From NCBI GenBank assembly GCA_019747895.1, contig JAIEQF010000013.1, positions 67,104-131,103 on the forward strand: 64,000 nucleotides of DNA, written 5' to 3'. Shown piece after piece: positions 1 through 8,784 of the stretch. A model generated the notes under the pieces. The model had not been told where the DNA came from, searched no databases, and saw only the letters and a program-made list of their open reading frames with translations. How positions within the stretch are numbered: position 1 is the first letter of the stretch; every line of letters begins with the position of its first letter. The translations under genes and the position numbers were made by a program. Source of the stretch: Chthoniobacterales bacterium. Lineage in GTDB: Bacteria > Verrucomicrobiota > Verrucomicrobiia > Chthoniobacterales > UBA6821.

Positions 1-153
1 GAACTGGAAGAAGGCGAGGAACAAATTACTATTTCCTTGGAAGCCGCTGAAAAATGCGAACGCTGCTGGCGCCATCGCGCTGATGTGGGATCTCATGCCG
101 AGCATCCCACGCTGTGTGGGCGGTGCGCAAGCACAGTCGAAGTAAAAAGTTAA
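1..153 (+). CDS. ileS: Isoleucyl-tRNA synthetase, C-terminal end (partial)
   Basis: Frame 1 reads ...[15 protein letters not shown]...[16 protein letters not shown], the IleRS C-terminal zinc finger; directly upstream of lspA as in the common ileS-lspA operon. Confidence 0.9.
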   Translation, partial: ELEEGEEQITISLEAAEKCERCWRHRADVGSHAEHPTLCGRCASTVEVKS

Positions 154-165
154 AGCGAAATTTTT

Positions 166-196
166 CTGTAACCTATAACCTGTAGCCTGTAACCTG
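166..196 (+). repeat. Heptamer tandem array (CTGTAAC-like), 6 nt before lspA ATG
   Basis: ctgtaac ctataac ctgtagc ctgtaac ctg. Confidence 0.85.
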
Positions 197-202
197 ACTC
201 CC

Positions 203-661
203 ATGACCGCCGCACTCTACTTCATCCCAATTGTCTTCTTGCTCGTTGCTTGTGATCAATTGACCAAGCTCTTGGTGTTACATGCAGTTTCTGTTTATGG
301 AGCTGTTAAAATTGTGCCAGGATTTTTCTATCTGACGCATCTTTATAACACGGGTGCTGCTTTTGGAATGCTTCATGATAGCAATCGATTCTTTATGGGA
401 ATTTCAGTGGCCGCGATTGCCATTTTATTTTGGCAGCGGCGTCATTTTGTCGCGCTCTCCTTACAACTCGGTTGGGTTTTAATGCTCTCTGGTATCCTTG
501 GGAACCTCTGCGACCGCTGGTTCCGCGGCCATGTCATCGATTTTTTAGGATTTCAAATTTGGAATTATTACTGGCCGCCGTTTAACATCGCTGACACCTG
601 CATCTGCATGGCGACAGGATTTTTTCTACTGAGTGCTTTTTCTTCTCAACGATCGAAGTAA
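203..661 (+). CDS. lspA: Lipoprotein signal peptidase II
   Basis: DQLTK, N-T-G-A-A-F-G, GNLCDR...VIDF and FNIAD motifs. Confidence 0.95.
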   Translation: MTAALYFIPIVFLLVACDQLTKLLVLHAVSVYGAVKIVPGFFYLTHLYNTGAAFGMLHDSNRFFMGISVAAIAILFWQRRHFVALSLQLGWVLMLSGILGNLCDRWFRGHVIDFLGFQIWNYYWPPFNIADTCICMATGFFLLSAFSSQRSK

Positions 662-681
662 AGGATGCAAGCCAAAGAAGA

Positions 682-716
682 GAATAGCCACAAAAGAACG
701 CAAAGAACGCAAAGAA
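682..716 (+). repeat. 9-mer (CGCAAAGAA) REP-like repeat, left member of an inverted pair around the DUF5069 gene
   Basis: gaatagccacaaaagaacgcaaagaacgcaaagaa; reverse complement found at 1178-1212. Confidence 0.85.
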
Positions 717-742
717 AAGACAAAAAATGAGCCGCTAGTGGA

Positions 743-1177
743 TTATTTTTTTCTTCCCTCATCGAGGTCTATGTAATCAAACAATGTTTGAATATCAGTG
801 CGATCTTCCCAGCCGCCATCTTTGAGACGAAGTTGTAGGGTCTCTGTCATGGGATCGCGCCAACCGCATTTGGTTATATAGCGATTCCAAATCATGATTT
901 CTTCTTCCGTATGTGGTTTGCCATATTGCTGACACCACTCCCACGTCTCTTCATCAGTGGCTCCATCGACGATAACTTTTTCTAGATCATTGTAAGAAAC
1001 CCCCAAAAAACGAAGGCAGGAACCATCAAATTTTTGAGCATGTCCAAGATTAGCAATATAAGCCTCAGGCAGTTTCTTAGCTGCATGTAATCGGATTTTA
1101 TCGAGCAGGCGACCAAAATAGACAAGACCGTGAATCTCTTCGTAAGGACTGCGAGGAACTTCTGATTCCATTTTCAT
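743..1177 (-). CDS. DUF5069-family protein
   Basis: PRSPYEEIHGLVYFGRLLDKIRLHA...FDGSCLRFLGV pattern; start placed at ATG 1177 or 1171 because the longer ORF-track N-terminus runs through a repeat. Confidence 0.75.
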   Translation of the reverse strand: MKMESEVPRSPYEEIHGLVYFGRLLDKIRLHAAKKLPEAYIANLGHAQKFDGSCLRFLGVSYNDLEKVIVDGATDEETWEWCQQYGKPHTEEEIMIWNRYITKCGWRDPMTETLQLRLKDGGWEDRTDIQTLFDYIDLDEGRKK

Positions 1178-1212
1178 TTTTTTGCGTTCTTTGCGTTCTT
1201 TTGTGGCTATTC
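1178..1212 (-). repeat. 9-mer REP-like repeat, right member of the pair
   Basis: ttttttgcgttctttgcgttcttttgtggctattc is the reverse complement of 682-716. Confidence 0.85.
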
Positions 1213-2082
1213 CTCTTTTTTTGGAGTCACATGATAACTCGCTGGCCAGCAGATTTGGCGACGGAGGAGCCAATGGACGCCGATCAAGTCAAGAATGCCA
1301 TGGCTCATTCTTTTGAAAATGGTGTAGTTTGATTGACCAAAGCGGCGAGGGCGATGATTTACTGGAAACTGTCCTAAGGTGAGCCCTGCGTTTTCTAACA
1401 TGGCAATCATGTAGCATTGCATTTGATTAAAAGGCATGAGGAATCGGAGATATTCTTTGCGGATGACTTTGAGCGTGCAGCCTGCATCGCGAACGGTATC
1501 ACCAGTAAAAAATTTGCGAACTTTATTGGCAACTTTAGAAGCGGCTTTGACCTGCCAACTATCTTTGCGATTTTTACGATAGCCGCAGACAACATCATAA
1601 TTTTTTGATTCGCGAACTAACATTGGAATATCAGCAGGATCGTTTTGACCATCTCCATCCATCAAGACGCAAAGGTCATGAGATGCTGCAAGTAAGCCGG
1701 CGTAGAGGGCTGCACTTTGGCCGAGATTTTTAGGGAAAGAGATCAAACGTACGTCGCTGAACTTTTTAATCAGTGATTCTGTTGCATCGTGACTCCCGTC
1801 ATTAACGGCAATGATTTCAGCATGAGGGTTGGTGAGGCGTGTTTCTTCCAAAACAGCAACGACGTTGTCTTTTTCGTTGTAGAAAGGAATGATGATCGAA
1901 ATAGACCTATTTGAAAACTCTACTGCTGACGCGCATAGCTGCGTCGCGCCGGTGCTCGAGTTGTCGAGTATTTCCTTATACACTCCGCCTCTGCGCTCCG
2001 TCGCTCCTTGCTCTGCATCGCCAGCAGCGAGTTTTGAAAGAGGTCTAGTGTTGAAAAAGGCTTGGTCGTGATCTTGAGACAT
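1207..2082 (-). CDS. Glycosyltransferase family 2 (polyprenol-phosphate sugar synthase-like) with a 48-aa PE1 insert near the N-terminus
   Basis: IIIPFYNE, VNDGSHD, NLGQSAAL, MDGDGQNDP motifs; insert RPLSKLAAG...VEFSNRS precedes the first beta strand. Confidence 0.88.
   Translation of the reverse strand: MSQDHDQAFFNTRPLSKLAAGDAEQGATERRGGVYKEILDNSSTGATQLCASAVEFSNRSISIIIPFYNEKDNVVAVLEETRLTNPHAEIIAVNDGSHDATESLIKKFSDVRLISFPKNLGQSAALYAGLLAASHDLCVLMDGDGQNDPADIPMLVRESKNYDVVCGYRKNRKDSWQVKAASKVANKVRKFFTGDTVRDAGCTLKVIRKEYLRFLMPFNQMQCYMIAMLENAGLTLGQFPVNHRPRRFGQSNYTIFKRMSHGILDLIGVHWLLRRQICWPASYHVTPKKEE
1902..2047. mobile_element. PE1 palindromic element copy A (146 bp), in frame in the GT2 gene
   Basis: Ends tagacctatttgaaaactc / gagttttgaaagaggtcta are imperfect inverted repeats; core cgtcgcgccggtgctc...tcgagt...atacactc is shared with the other copies. 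Confidence 0.92.
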
Positions 2083-2094
2083 AGAAGGAGATTA

Positions 2095-2952
2095 TCACAT
2101 AGGAAGCAAGCCGACAAGGCGCATGGGAGCCTCGGTGCCATGAAGAGTCTTGATCGGAAGAGCCAAAATAAAACTTCCAGTTGGTGGCAGGCTGATAGAG
2201 TTGGCCACGTTTTCAACAATATATTTTTCAGATCCTAGAAAAGCCGCATGCACGGGATAGCCGCTCTCAGGCCGATCTGGAGAGAGTGTGTCGATGCCGA
2301 GGCCGACCGCTTTTCGCTGGATCAAGAAGTCGGCTGCTTCTTTGGAAACGGAAGGAAAGCGATAGTTGTTGTGATAGCGCTCTGGCTGATTCCAAAATTG
2401 ATCCCAGCCTGTTCTAATCAGAACAAAACTATTTGGCGCGATCATGCCCTCTTTTTTTTCAAAGAGTGCAAGATCATCGAGGGAGAGGGTGTAGCTTTCA
2501 TGAGCTTGCGCTGAGACATCGATCATCACGCAAGGTGCTATGAGATTGTTGAGATCTAGCTGTTCGACGGTTGCTTTTCCACGGCTGCAATGGGCTGGTG
2601 CATCGATGTGGGTTCCAATGCCGGCATGCATCTTGAGTTGTTGAACGCGAAAAGAAACATCGCTGGTTGTCAGATCGTAATCAAGTTTTACCTCCTGATG
2701 AAATCCACACGTGCCAGTCCATGAGGAGATTTTTTCATCGAGGGTGTGGGTCAGATCGATGATGTGATAAGGGAAAGCAGAGTCTGTCCAAATGCTACTG
2801 CTAGAGCGCAGGACTGCGTCACTCCGATGCTCGCGTCCTCGAGTATGTTCATATACACTGCGGGTCTGTGCTTCTCGTTCCTTGTCCTGCATCCCTAGCA
2901 GCGCATTTTGATCAGACTCGCCACTTACTATAGTAGCTAGATTTTTTTTCAT
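2095..2952 (-). CDS. Cyclase family / kynurenine formamidase-like metal hydrolase with a PE1 insert
   Basis: IIDLTHTL, HAGIGTHIDAPAH, GLGIDTLSPD, EAPMRLV motifs. Confidence 0.88.
   Translation of the reverse strand: MKKNLATIVSGESDQNALLGMQDKEREAQTRSVYEHTRGREHRSDAVLRSSSSIWTDSAFPYHIIDLTHTLDEKISSWTGTCGFHQEVKLDYDLTTSDVSFRVQQLKMHAGIGTHIDAPAHCSRGKATVEQLDLNNLIAPCVMIDVSAQAHESYTLSLDDLALFEKKEGMIAPNSFVLIRTGWDQFWNQPERYHNNYRFPSVSKEAADFLIQRKAVGLGIDTLSPDRPESGYPVHAAFLGSEKYIVENVANSISLPPTGSFILALPIKTLHGTEAPMRLVGLLPM
2780..2919. mobile_element. PE1 copy B (~140 bp), in frame in the cyclase gene, read in a third frame
   Basis: Ends gagtctgtccaaatgc / gcattttgatcagactc; core gcgtcactccgatgctcgcgtcctcgagt...atacact. 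Confidence 0.85.
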
Positions 2953-2972
2953 GTTTTCTCAAATTTGGATCA

Positions 2973-3488
2973 TCACATCATCACCATTCCTTTTTCTATC
3001 GCTCGTGCCAATGTTTTCTTGGCATCCGCGCTGTATGCACGTGTTGGGGCTATTTCCTCTTCGTCTTCTTCGGCGGAAGTGGTGCTCTCTCCCTCTTTTT
3101 TCTTTTTCTTGAGCTGAGGTCTGCGTGCGCCCCTTTGTCCAATGGGAGCGATCATTTGGTCTTGAGCCATGGTTGCTTGAAGGGATGACTTCTCGGTGTC
3201 ATCGACTGTCGTGTATTGATTGCCAGCTGCTGCTTGGTTTGTTGCTGTTGATCCAAAAACAAAAGCGGTGGAGTCATTGGCTTGCATGGCATAACTATCA
3301 GGAGCAACGGTTCCTGGTGCCACGGTAACATTTGCCTCGGTGCCTCCGCTAACGCCAGTAGATGTTTCTCCCTCGCCAGCAGTCGGAGGTGTTGAACTAT
3401 TCGAAGGAGAAAGCCTATCGTTATTGTTGGAAATAGATGCTTGAATGATCTGCGCAGGGGAGATCATGGTGATAGGATGATTGGCCAT
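2973..3488 (-). CDS. Hypothetical low-complexity Ser/Thr/Ala-rich protein with a Lys-rich patch
   Basis: 171-aa ORF co-oriented with the kinase; no recognisable domain; RRPQLKKKKK stretch. Confidence 0.6.
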   Translation of the reverse strand: MANHPITMISPAQIIQASISNNNDRLSPSNSSTPPTAGEGETSTGVSGGTEANVTVAPGTVAPDSYAMQANDSTAFVFGSTATNQAAAGNQYTTVDDTEKSSLQATMAQDQMIAPIGQRGARRPQLKKKKKEGESTTSAEEDEEEIAPTRAYSADAKKTLARAIEKGMVMM

Positions 3489-3496
3489 GGTTAAAG

Positions 3497-3530
3497 CAGG
3501 ATACAGGTTACAGGTTGCAGGCTACAGGTA
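3497..3530 (-). repeat. Heptamer tandem array, 8 nt before the ATG at 3488 on the minus strand
   Basis: caggata caggtta caggttg caggcta caggta. Confidence 0.85.
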
Positions 3531-3531
3531 A

Positions 3532-5376
3532 TTAATTTAAAGCAATGTCTTCTAAGTCATAATCAGAATCATCATCCGAGTCAGCTTGTCTATTAGGATC
3601 ATTCCAGATGTGGCTCATCACAGTTAACTGTGATGATGCTCGGCTTTGTTGTTGTTGCCGTTGGATGGCTGGTCTGACAAGGGTTTCCATATGAGTTTTT
3701 AATGTTTGGAATGCATTATCTCTTTTTTCTGGTTTAGCAGAAGCAACACCAAAGAAAAGATCGATGGTTTTTTGCATGCTTGGATCTTTTCGAAAGGCTT
3801 GAGCTAATTTGCTATTCGGTCCAAGAATCCTGAGGTACTCTGCAGTGCTAGTAGGGATTTTTGAAGGAATGATCCTTTCATTTACAATCTGCCCATTCTT
3901 ATTTCTTACTTGAGTGAAAAATGATTTTTTTGCGGTTTCAAAACATTGAGGGTCTAATGATTTTATAAGCATTACAGCTGCACTGTGAAAATCAACTTCT
4001 GATCCATAAAGTTCGCCTTTTACAACAGCAGGGGCCATGTGATCTTGGCTTCCCCAGGTATGGCTTGATAATAATGGATTGTTGGAGCTAGTTGTGTCTC
4101 TTCCTGCAGACATTTTACGTCTTTTTCCATAAACTCCTCCCAGGCCAAAGTCGATGACCGTTCCTTGCTTGGTCTTAGGATCGTATATAAAATTTTGTAC
4201 TTTAAGATCACGATGGATCAAATTACGAGTATAAGATTTTTCTAAGAAACCAAAGAGTGAATTAGCAATGCCATCAAAATGTTCCGCTGGTTTAAAAGAG
4301 GGATTTTTTTTAGGATCAAGAAGATCTCCTAATTCTGTTCCAGGTGCTTTTTCCATGAGCTGACCTACTAGCTTTACTTTTGTTCCTTTAGGAAGTGTTT
4401 TCCCAAAATCTTTTGTCTGATCAGCCGTAACATAGTATAGTTGAGGCGGCTCTCCAGCTTTGGTGATTTCTAAAACAAAGGCAGTCGACTTTGCAAAATG
4501 AGCAAGGTCCTTGCAACGCGATGCTGCAATGTCTCCAGTTCTGTGCCACTTTCCATTTAGCTCTGGATCATCAGTTAAAAATTCATTTACCGTCTGTTCT
4601 TTATAGACATAATCTTTAGAGCCGATTTTTGCTGCATAGACTTTTCCAAAAGAGCCCTGGCCGATCTCCTTCCCGATGCTGACACCTCGTGATTGAAGAT
4701 AACTAACAGGAGTCGTTCCAGTCGAAATCTGTTCGATTTCCTTTGTCTGCAAAGCTGTTGCCACATTATATGGTGCTAGATGAGTTTCAAATGCGGATTT
4801 AAAAAGAGAAGAAAAATCTTGAGTTATGGGTGTTCTTGTTGACGAGAGATAGTCACTAAAAATTTGTTGGAGATTGTTTCTATTTTTAGAAAAATTTTCT
4901 CTATCAGGGTAAGCCTTTTGAAGAAGAGATTCAATATAAGCACCTGTCTCTTCTCGTTGCTTAACACTTGGTTTGATCCAGAAATTTCTATATTGAAATT
5001 CCATTCCTTTTTCAGGATCACCAGTAGGTTTTAAAACAAGCATGCCTTTTCCTTTGAGTTGAGTGAGTTGTTGCAGGAGCTCTTGTGCATCTTTGGATGA
5101 TCCCTGAAAAGCTGTTGTTGTTATATGTCTAGTAGGAATCGTGATCTTTGTTCCTGACCACCATGAAGAAGAAATTTTAAACTTTAAACTGGCTGCTTGT
5201 TGAGCAGTCGCTCTGGATGCAGCTCCTGGTTGAGGATTTGCTTCAGCAATGTTATGGCCAAAGAAACAAGAAAAGATTCCTCCTGAGAACCAGGATTTAG
5301 CAGGTTTTGTTGCTGATCCCTCAACGTTACCAGATGATAGTTGAGGTGATCGTGCTGCTGGTGTTGACGCGCTCAT
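3532..5376 (-). CDS. Hanks-type Ser/Thr protein kinase with a long N-terminal extension (effector-like)
   Basis: IGQGSFGKVY, HRDLKVQN, DFG and HMAPA (APE variant) motifs. Confidence 0.9.
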   Translation of the reverse strand: MSASTPAARSPQLSSGNVEGSATKPAKSWFSGGIFSCFFGHNIAEANPQPGAASRATAQQAASLKFKISSSWWSGTKITIPTRHITTTAFQGSSKDAQELLQQLTQLKGKGMLVLKPTGDPEKGMEFQYRNFWIKPSVKQREETGAYIESLLQKAYPDRENFSKNRNNLQQIFSDYLSSTRTPITQDFSSLFKSAFETHLAPYNVATALQTKEIEQISTGTTPVSYLQSRGVSIGKEIGQGSFGKVYAAKIGSKDYVYKEQTVNEFLTDDPELNGKWHRTGDIAASRCKDLAHFAKSTAFVLEITKAGEPPQLYYVTADQTKDFGKTLPKGTKVKLVGQLMEKAPGTELGDLLDPKKNPSFKPAEHFDGIANSLFGFLEKSYTRNLIHRDLKVQNFIYDPKTKQGTVIDFGLGGVYGKRRKMSAGRDTTSSNNPLLSSHTWGSQDHMAPAVVKGELYGSEVDFHSAAVMLIKSLDPQCFETAKKSFFTQVRNKNGQIVNERIIPSKIPTSTAEYLRILGPNSKLAQAFRKDPSMQKTIDLFFGVASAKPEKRDNAFQTLKTHMETLVRPAIQRQQQQSRASSQLTVMSHIWNDPNRQADSDDDSDYDLEDIALN

Positions 5377-5381
5377 AAATT

Positions 5382-6188
5382 TTAAAAGAGTCCAGCAATA
5401 ATGTTCACGACTAACGCCAGGATGGAAGTATTAAAAAAGAAAGCGAGTAATCCATGAAGTAAGACCAGGCGACGAAGGCGATGTTGTGTAATGCCGACAT
5501 CAGCTACTTGGCAAGTCATTCCGATGACAAAAGAAAAATAAACAAAGTCCCAATAGTCTGGAAATTTTTCGTCACCAGGAAAAAGCAAGCCTCTTGCAAT
5601 GGGAGATTTTTTTCGGAAGTTGATGGCCTCAATTTTCAGCGGTTGCTGAACTTGTTGTGAGGGTGCTACGTCTGCATTTGCGGATTCTTTATGGACAACA
5701 AGAGATTTGCTGCTTTCTCCTGCTTCCAACTCACCACGATAGTAGGCATGGGCATAGAGTGTTGCGAAGCGCGTGTGTACAAAAACCCAGGAAAGAGCAA
5801 TGGTTCCCAATGCTAGGAAAATGGTTTCGCTGGCATGTGAGGTGAGTTTAGTTTTAGAGGAATTTAAAAGAAGCCACGTTGCTAAAAAGCTAGCTGCCGC
5901 TGCAGCAACAACGATGAAAAAAAGAAAATGACGGGCGTTATCTTTGAGGCGGAGTTGCTGTCTTATTTCATAGGGATCTTTTGTGAAAATCAAAGCCCAG
6001 GTAGTAACAATACTCGTCACAGCAAATCCATCCCAAGCAATGATCATTGGTATTGGAAATGATGTGTATTGCTGAAATCCTAAAAATAAAAAAAGAGCAA
6101 TAAGGCACTCAAGCACCCAATATTCATGAAAGCGCAGAAAATGATGGGATCGCTTTGCGAATTGGGTTATTTTTTCCGGTGATGGCAT
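5382..6188 (-). CDS. DUF1345-family membrane protein
   Basis: IAWD, YAHAYY, LLFPG..PDYWDFVYFSFVIGMTCQVADV and H-x-x-L-A-F-F-F-N-T motifs. Confidence 0.88.
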   Translation of the reverse strand: MPSPEKITQFAKRSHHFLRFHEYWVLECLIALFLFLGFQQYTSFPIPMIIAWDGFAVTSIVTTWALIFTKDPYEIRQQLRLKDNARHFLFFIVVAAAAASFLATWLLLNSSKTKLTSHASETIFLALGTIALSWVFVHTRFATLYAHAYYRGELEAGESSKSLVVHKESANADVAPSQQVQQPLKIEAINFRKKSPIARGLLFPGDEKFPDYWDFVYFSFVIGMTCQVADVGITQHRLRRLVLLHGLLAFFFNTSILALVVNIIAGLF

Positions 6189-6267
6189 GACGGACGGTAT
6201 TCAATGTGAACGATTCTTGAAAATGAAGATTTATTTTTGTTTGAGATTCGATGCAGCTACAGACAAA

Positions 6268-6421
6268 GTAATGCGTAACAGGTAACGAGTAACGGGTAAA
6301 AATTAGTTGCCTTCGGCAAATTCAAACAAAAGCAATTTTAACAGAACACACTAATTTTACCAATTTGATGAAACTTGTCTGTTCACATTCACTCATTACT
6401 CGTTACTCGTCACCCGTTACT
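6268..6421. repeat. Inverted pair of GTAACGG-type heptamer arrays (6268-6299 and 6388-6421)
   Basis: gtaatgc gtaacag gtaacga gtaacgg gtaa versus ttcactc attactc gttactc gtcaccc gttact. Confidence 0.75.
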
Positions 6422-6483
6422 TTGCCTGTTCGCACAATTGTTATCAAGCGTTCAGAAAGATGTCGTTAAACCAAAAAACGTGA

Positions 6484-8685
6484 ATGAAAACAGAAAATTT
6501 TTTTTCACAATCTCTAGCAGGGACTGTTGTTTTTTTAGTGGCATTGCCACTTTCTCTCGGTATTGCTTTGGCCTCCGGAGCTCCTTTGATTTCCGGATTA
6601 CTCGGGGCAATGGTTGGTGGTCTTATAGTTGGAGTGATTAGTGGCTCTGAAGTGAGTGTTAGTGGACCTTCTGCGGCATTGGCTTCGATTGTTGTTCAAC
6701 AAATAGCAAGGCTTCATTCTTACGAAGCTTTTTTATTAGCCCTCTTTTTTGCTGGGATCATTCAAGTCATCATGGGCTTCTGCCGTGCAGGATTTATTGC
6801 AGAGTTTTTCCCAGCAAGTGTGATCAAAGGTCTTCTAGTAGCAACGGGTCTCTTGATCGCTCTCAAGCAGATTCCCCATCTTGTAGGATATGATCGAACT
6901 CCTTTTGGCTATGAAGAATTTTTGGAAGCAAATGGAGAAAATACCTTCAGTGAAATTATTAAAGCTTTCTCTCATTTTCAGCCTGGGGCCTTAACTATTG
7001 GTTTGATATCATTGGTAGTCTTAGTGGTATGGGAAGTCAGCAAATCGTTAAAAAAGTTTCCCATTCCAGCAGCGCTCATCGTTGTTGTTATTGCCATCGC
7101 GATTAATAAAGTCTTTCTTCACTTAGGAAGTTCGTGGGTTGTTGCTGCCTCTCAATTGGTCCAGATTCCTCAGATTGCAACACCGGAAGCATTTCTAAAG
7201 ACGATGAAATTTCCTGATGCTACTCAACTTTTTCAGCCTGCCATTTATGGTGCAGCCATGATGATTGCTTTCAGTGCTAGCTTGGAGAGCTTATTAAATT
7301 TAGAAGCGACGGATAAGATCGATCCTAATCAACGGGTCAGTTCTCCTCATCGCGAGTTGATTGCTCAAGGAGTTGGAAATATGTTGTTAGGATTAATCGG
7401 AGGAATGCCAATTAGTTGTGCCGTTGTTCGTAGTAGTGCGAATATTGATGCTGGGGGACGCTATCGATTTGCAACTATTGTTCATGGTCTTTTGCTCATG
7501 ATTAGCGTCTTGTTTTTGCCTGGGCTTATCAATCAAATCCCACTTTCTGTCTTGGCTGCTATTTTAGTTGTTGTCGGTTTTAAATTAGCAGCGCCTCGAT
7601 TTTTTATTAGTACGTGGAAAGAGGGGGGGAGTCAGTTTCTCCCTTTTATCATTACTGTTGTCGGTATTATTCTCACCAATTTTTTGGTTGGTGTTTTAAT
7701 TGGTCTTTCCATCAGTTTGCTCTTTCTCCTTTACACCAATTGGCAGCGTCCTGTTGTTGAGGTTGTAGAAAAACATGCAGCTGGAGAGGTCTTGCGCATT
7801 GCATTAGGAAACCAAGTGAGTTTTCTGAATCGTCCCTCGTTGGCCAGAGCATTAAATACTGTTTCTTCAAATAGTCACCTTCTGCTTGATGCTCGTAACA
7901 CCGATTATATTGATCCTGACATTCTGAGTCTCATTCATGATTTTCTTCGGACAAAAGCCAAGGTTCGAAATATTGTTGTGAGCCTTCTCGGTTTTAAAAA
8001 GAAATATTCCCGCTTAAAAAATATTATTCGTTATGTTGATTATTCGACTCAAGAGCTTCAATCAAAACTGGCTCCTGCTGAAGTGCTCGCGATTTTAAAA
8101 GAGGGGAATGAGCGCTTCCAAAAAGGAGCTCCCTTGTTTCGCGATTATCGGCTTCAAGTTCAAAAAACTGCGAGCGACCAATATCCGATGGGAGTTATTC
8201 TAAGTTGTATTGACAGTAGAGCGCCTGTCGAAATGATTTTTGATGCTGGGGTTGGTGATCTTTTCAGCATTCGCATGGCAGGTCAGGTAGCTCATGCCAA
8301 GGAGCTGGCGAGCATGGAGTATGGATGTGTGGTTGCTGGTGCTAAACTCATCGTGGTGCTAGGACATAGTTCTTGTAGTGCTGTGAAAGCTGCAGTTGAT
8401 TTTTTTCAACGTGGCGTCACAGCGCAACAAGAAACTGGCTGCGAGCATCTTGATTTATTATTGAAAGAAATTCAAAAGTCGATTGAGGCGAATATGCCTT
8501 TCTCTTTTTCTTCGCATGAAGAAAAAGCAACTTATATTGATGAGGTGGCGCGACGGCATGTTATGGCTACTATCTATTTTATTCATCAGGAAAGTCCTTC
8601 TCTCCATCGCCTCGCTCAAGAGGGAAAGATCGCTATTGTGGGAGCCTTTTATGATGTAGAGACTGGAAAGGTGGAGTTTCTTTAA
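6484..8685 (+). CDS. SulP-family anion transporter fused to a beta-carbonic anhydrase
   Basis: N-terminal SulP (VALPLSLGIALASGAP, GPSA, RSSANIDAG); C-terminal SCIDSRAPVE, LGHSSC motifs. Confidence 0.93.
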   Translation: MKTENFFSQSLAGTVVFLVALPLSLGIALASGAPLISGLLGAMVGGLIVGVISGSEVSVSGPSAALASIVVQQIARLHSYEAFLLALFFAGIIQVIMGFCRAGFIAEFFPASVIKGLLVATGLLIALKQIPHLVGYDRTPFGYEEFLEANGENTFSEIIKAFSHFQPGALTIGLISLVVLVVWEVSKSLKKFPIPAALIVVVIAIAINKVFLHLGSSWVVAASQLVQIPQIATPEAFLKTMKFPDATQLFQPAIYGAAMMIAFSASLESLLNLEATDKIDPNQRVSSPHRELIAQGVGNMLLGLIGGMPISCAVVRSSANIDAGGRYRFATIVHGLLLMISVLFLPGLINQIPLSVLAAILVVVGFKLAAPRFFISTWKEGGSQFLPFIITVVGIILTNFLVGVLIGLSISLLFLLYTNWQRPVVEVVEKHAAGEVLRIALGNQVSFLNRPSLARALNTVSSNSHLLLDARNTDYIDPDILSLIHDFLRTKAKVRNIVVSLLGFKKKYSRLKNIIRYVDYSTQELQSKLAPAEVLAILKEGNERFQKGAPLFRDYRLQVQKTASDQYPMGVILSCIDSRAPVEMIFDAGVGDLFSIRMAGQVAHAKELASMEYGCVVAGAKLIVVLGHSSCSAVKAAVDFFQRGVTAQQETGCEHLDLLLKEIQKSIEANMPFSFSSHEEKATYIDEVARRHVMATIYFIHQESPSLHRLAQEGKIAIVGAFYDVETGKVEFL

Positions 8686-8727
8686 ACCGATCTTGAAATC
8701 CTACTGTGGCGGCGAAGAGGTGTGTTG
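8683..8727. mobile_element. Truncated PE1 left end starting at the SulP-CA stop codon
   Basis: taaaccgatcttgaaatcctactgtggcggcgaagaggtgtgtt aligns with the left end of copy D (taaacctgccttgtaagttctactgagagagcgaagagctgcgtt). Confidence 0.6.
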
Positions 8728-8747
8728 AGGTTGTAAGAAAAATTTTT

Positions 8748-8780
8748 CCTGTAACCTATAACCTATAACCTATAACCTGC
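8748..8780 (+). repeat. Heptamer tandem array, 4 nt before the ATG at 8785
   Basis: cctgtaa cctataa cctataa cctataa cctgc. Confidence 0.88.
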
Positions 8781-8784
8781 TTGA

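Noticed and set aside
1178-1273. N-terminal extension of the 743-1273 ORF (IATKERKERKK)
   Set aside because: It is the 9-mer repeat and the GT2 3' end read through; the real start is more likely 1177/1171.
6484-8685. SulP-carbonic anhydrase fusion as a novelty
   Set aside because: A well-known fusion architecture.
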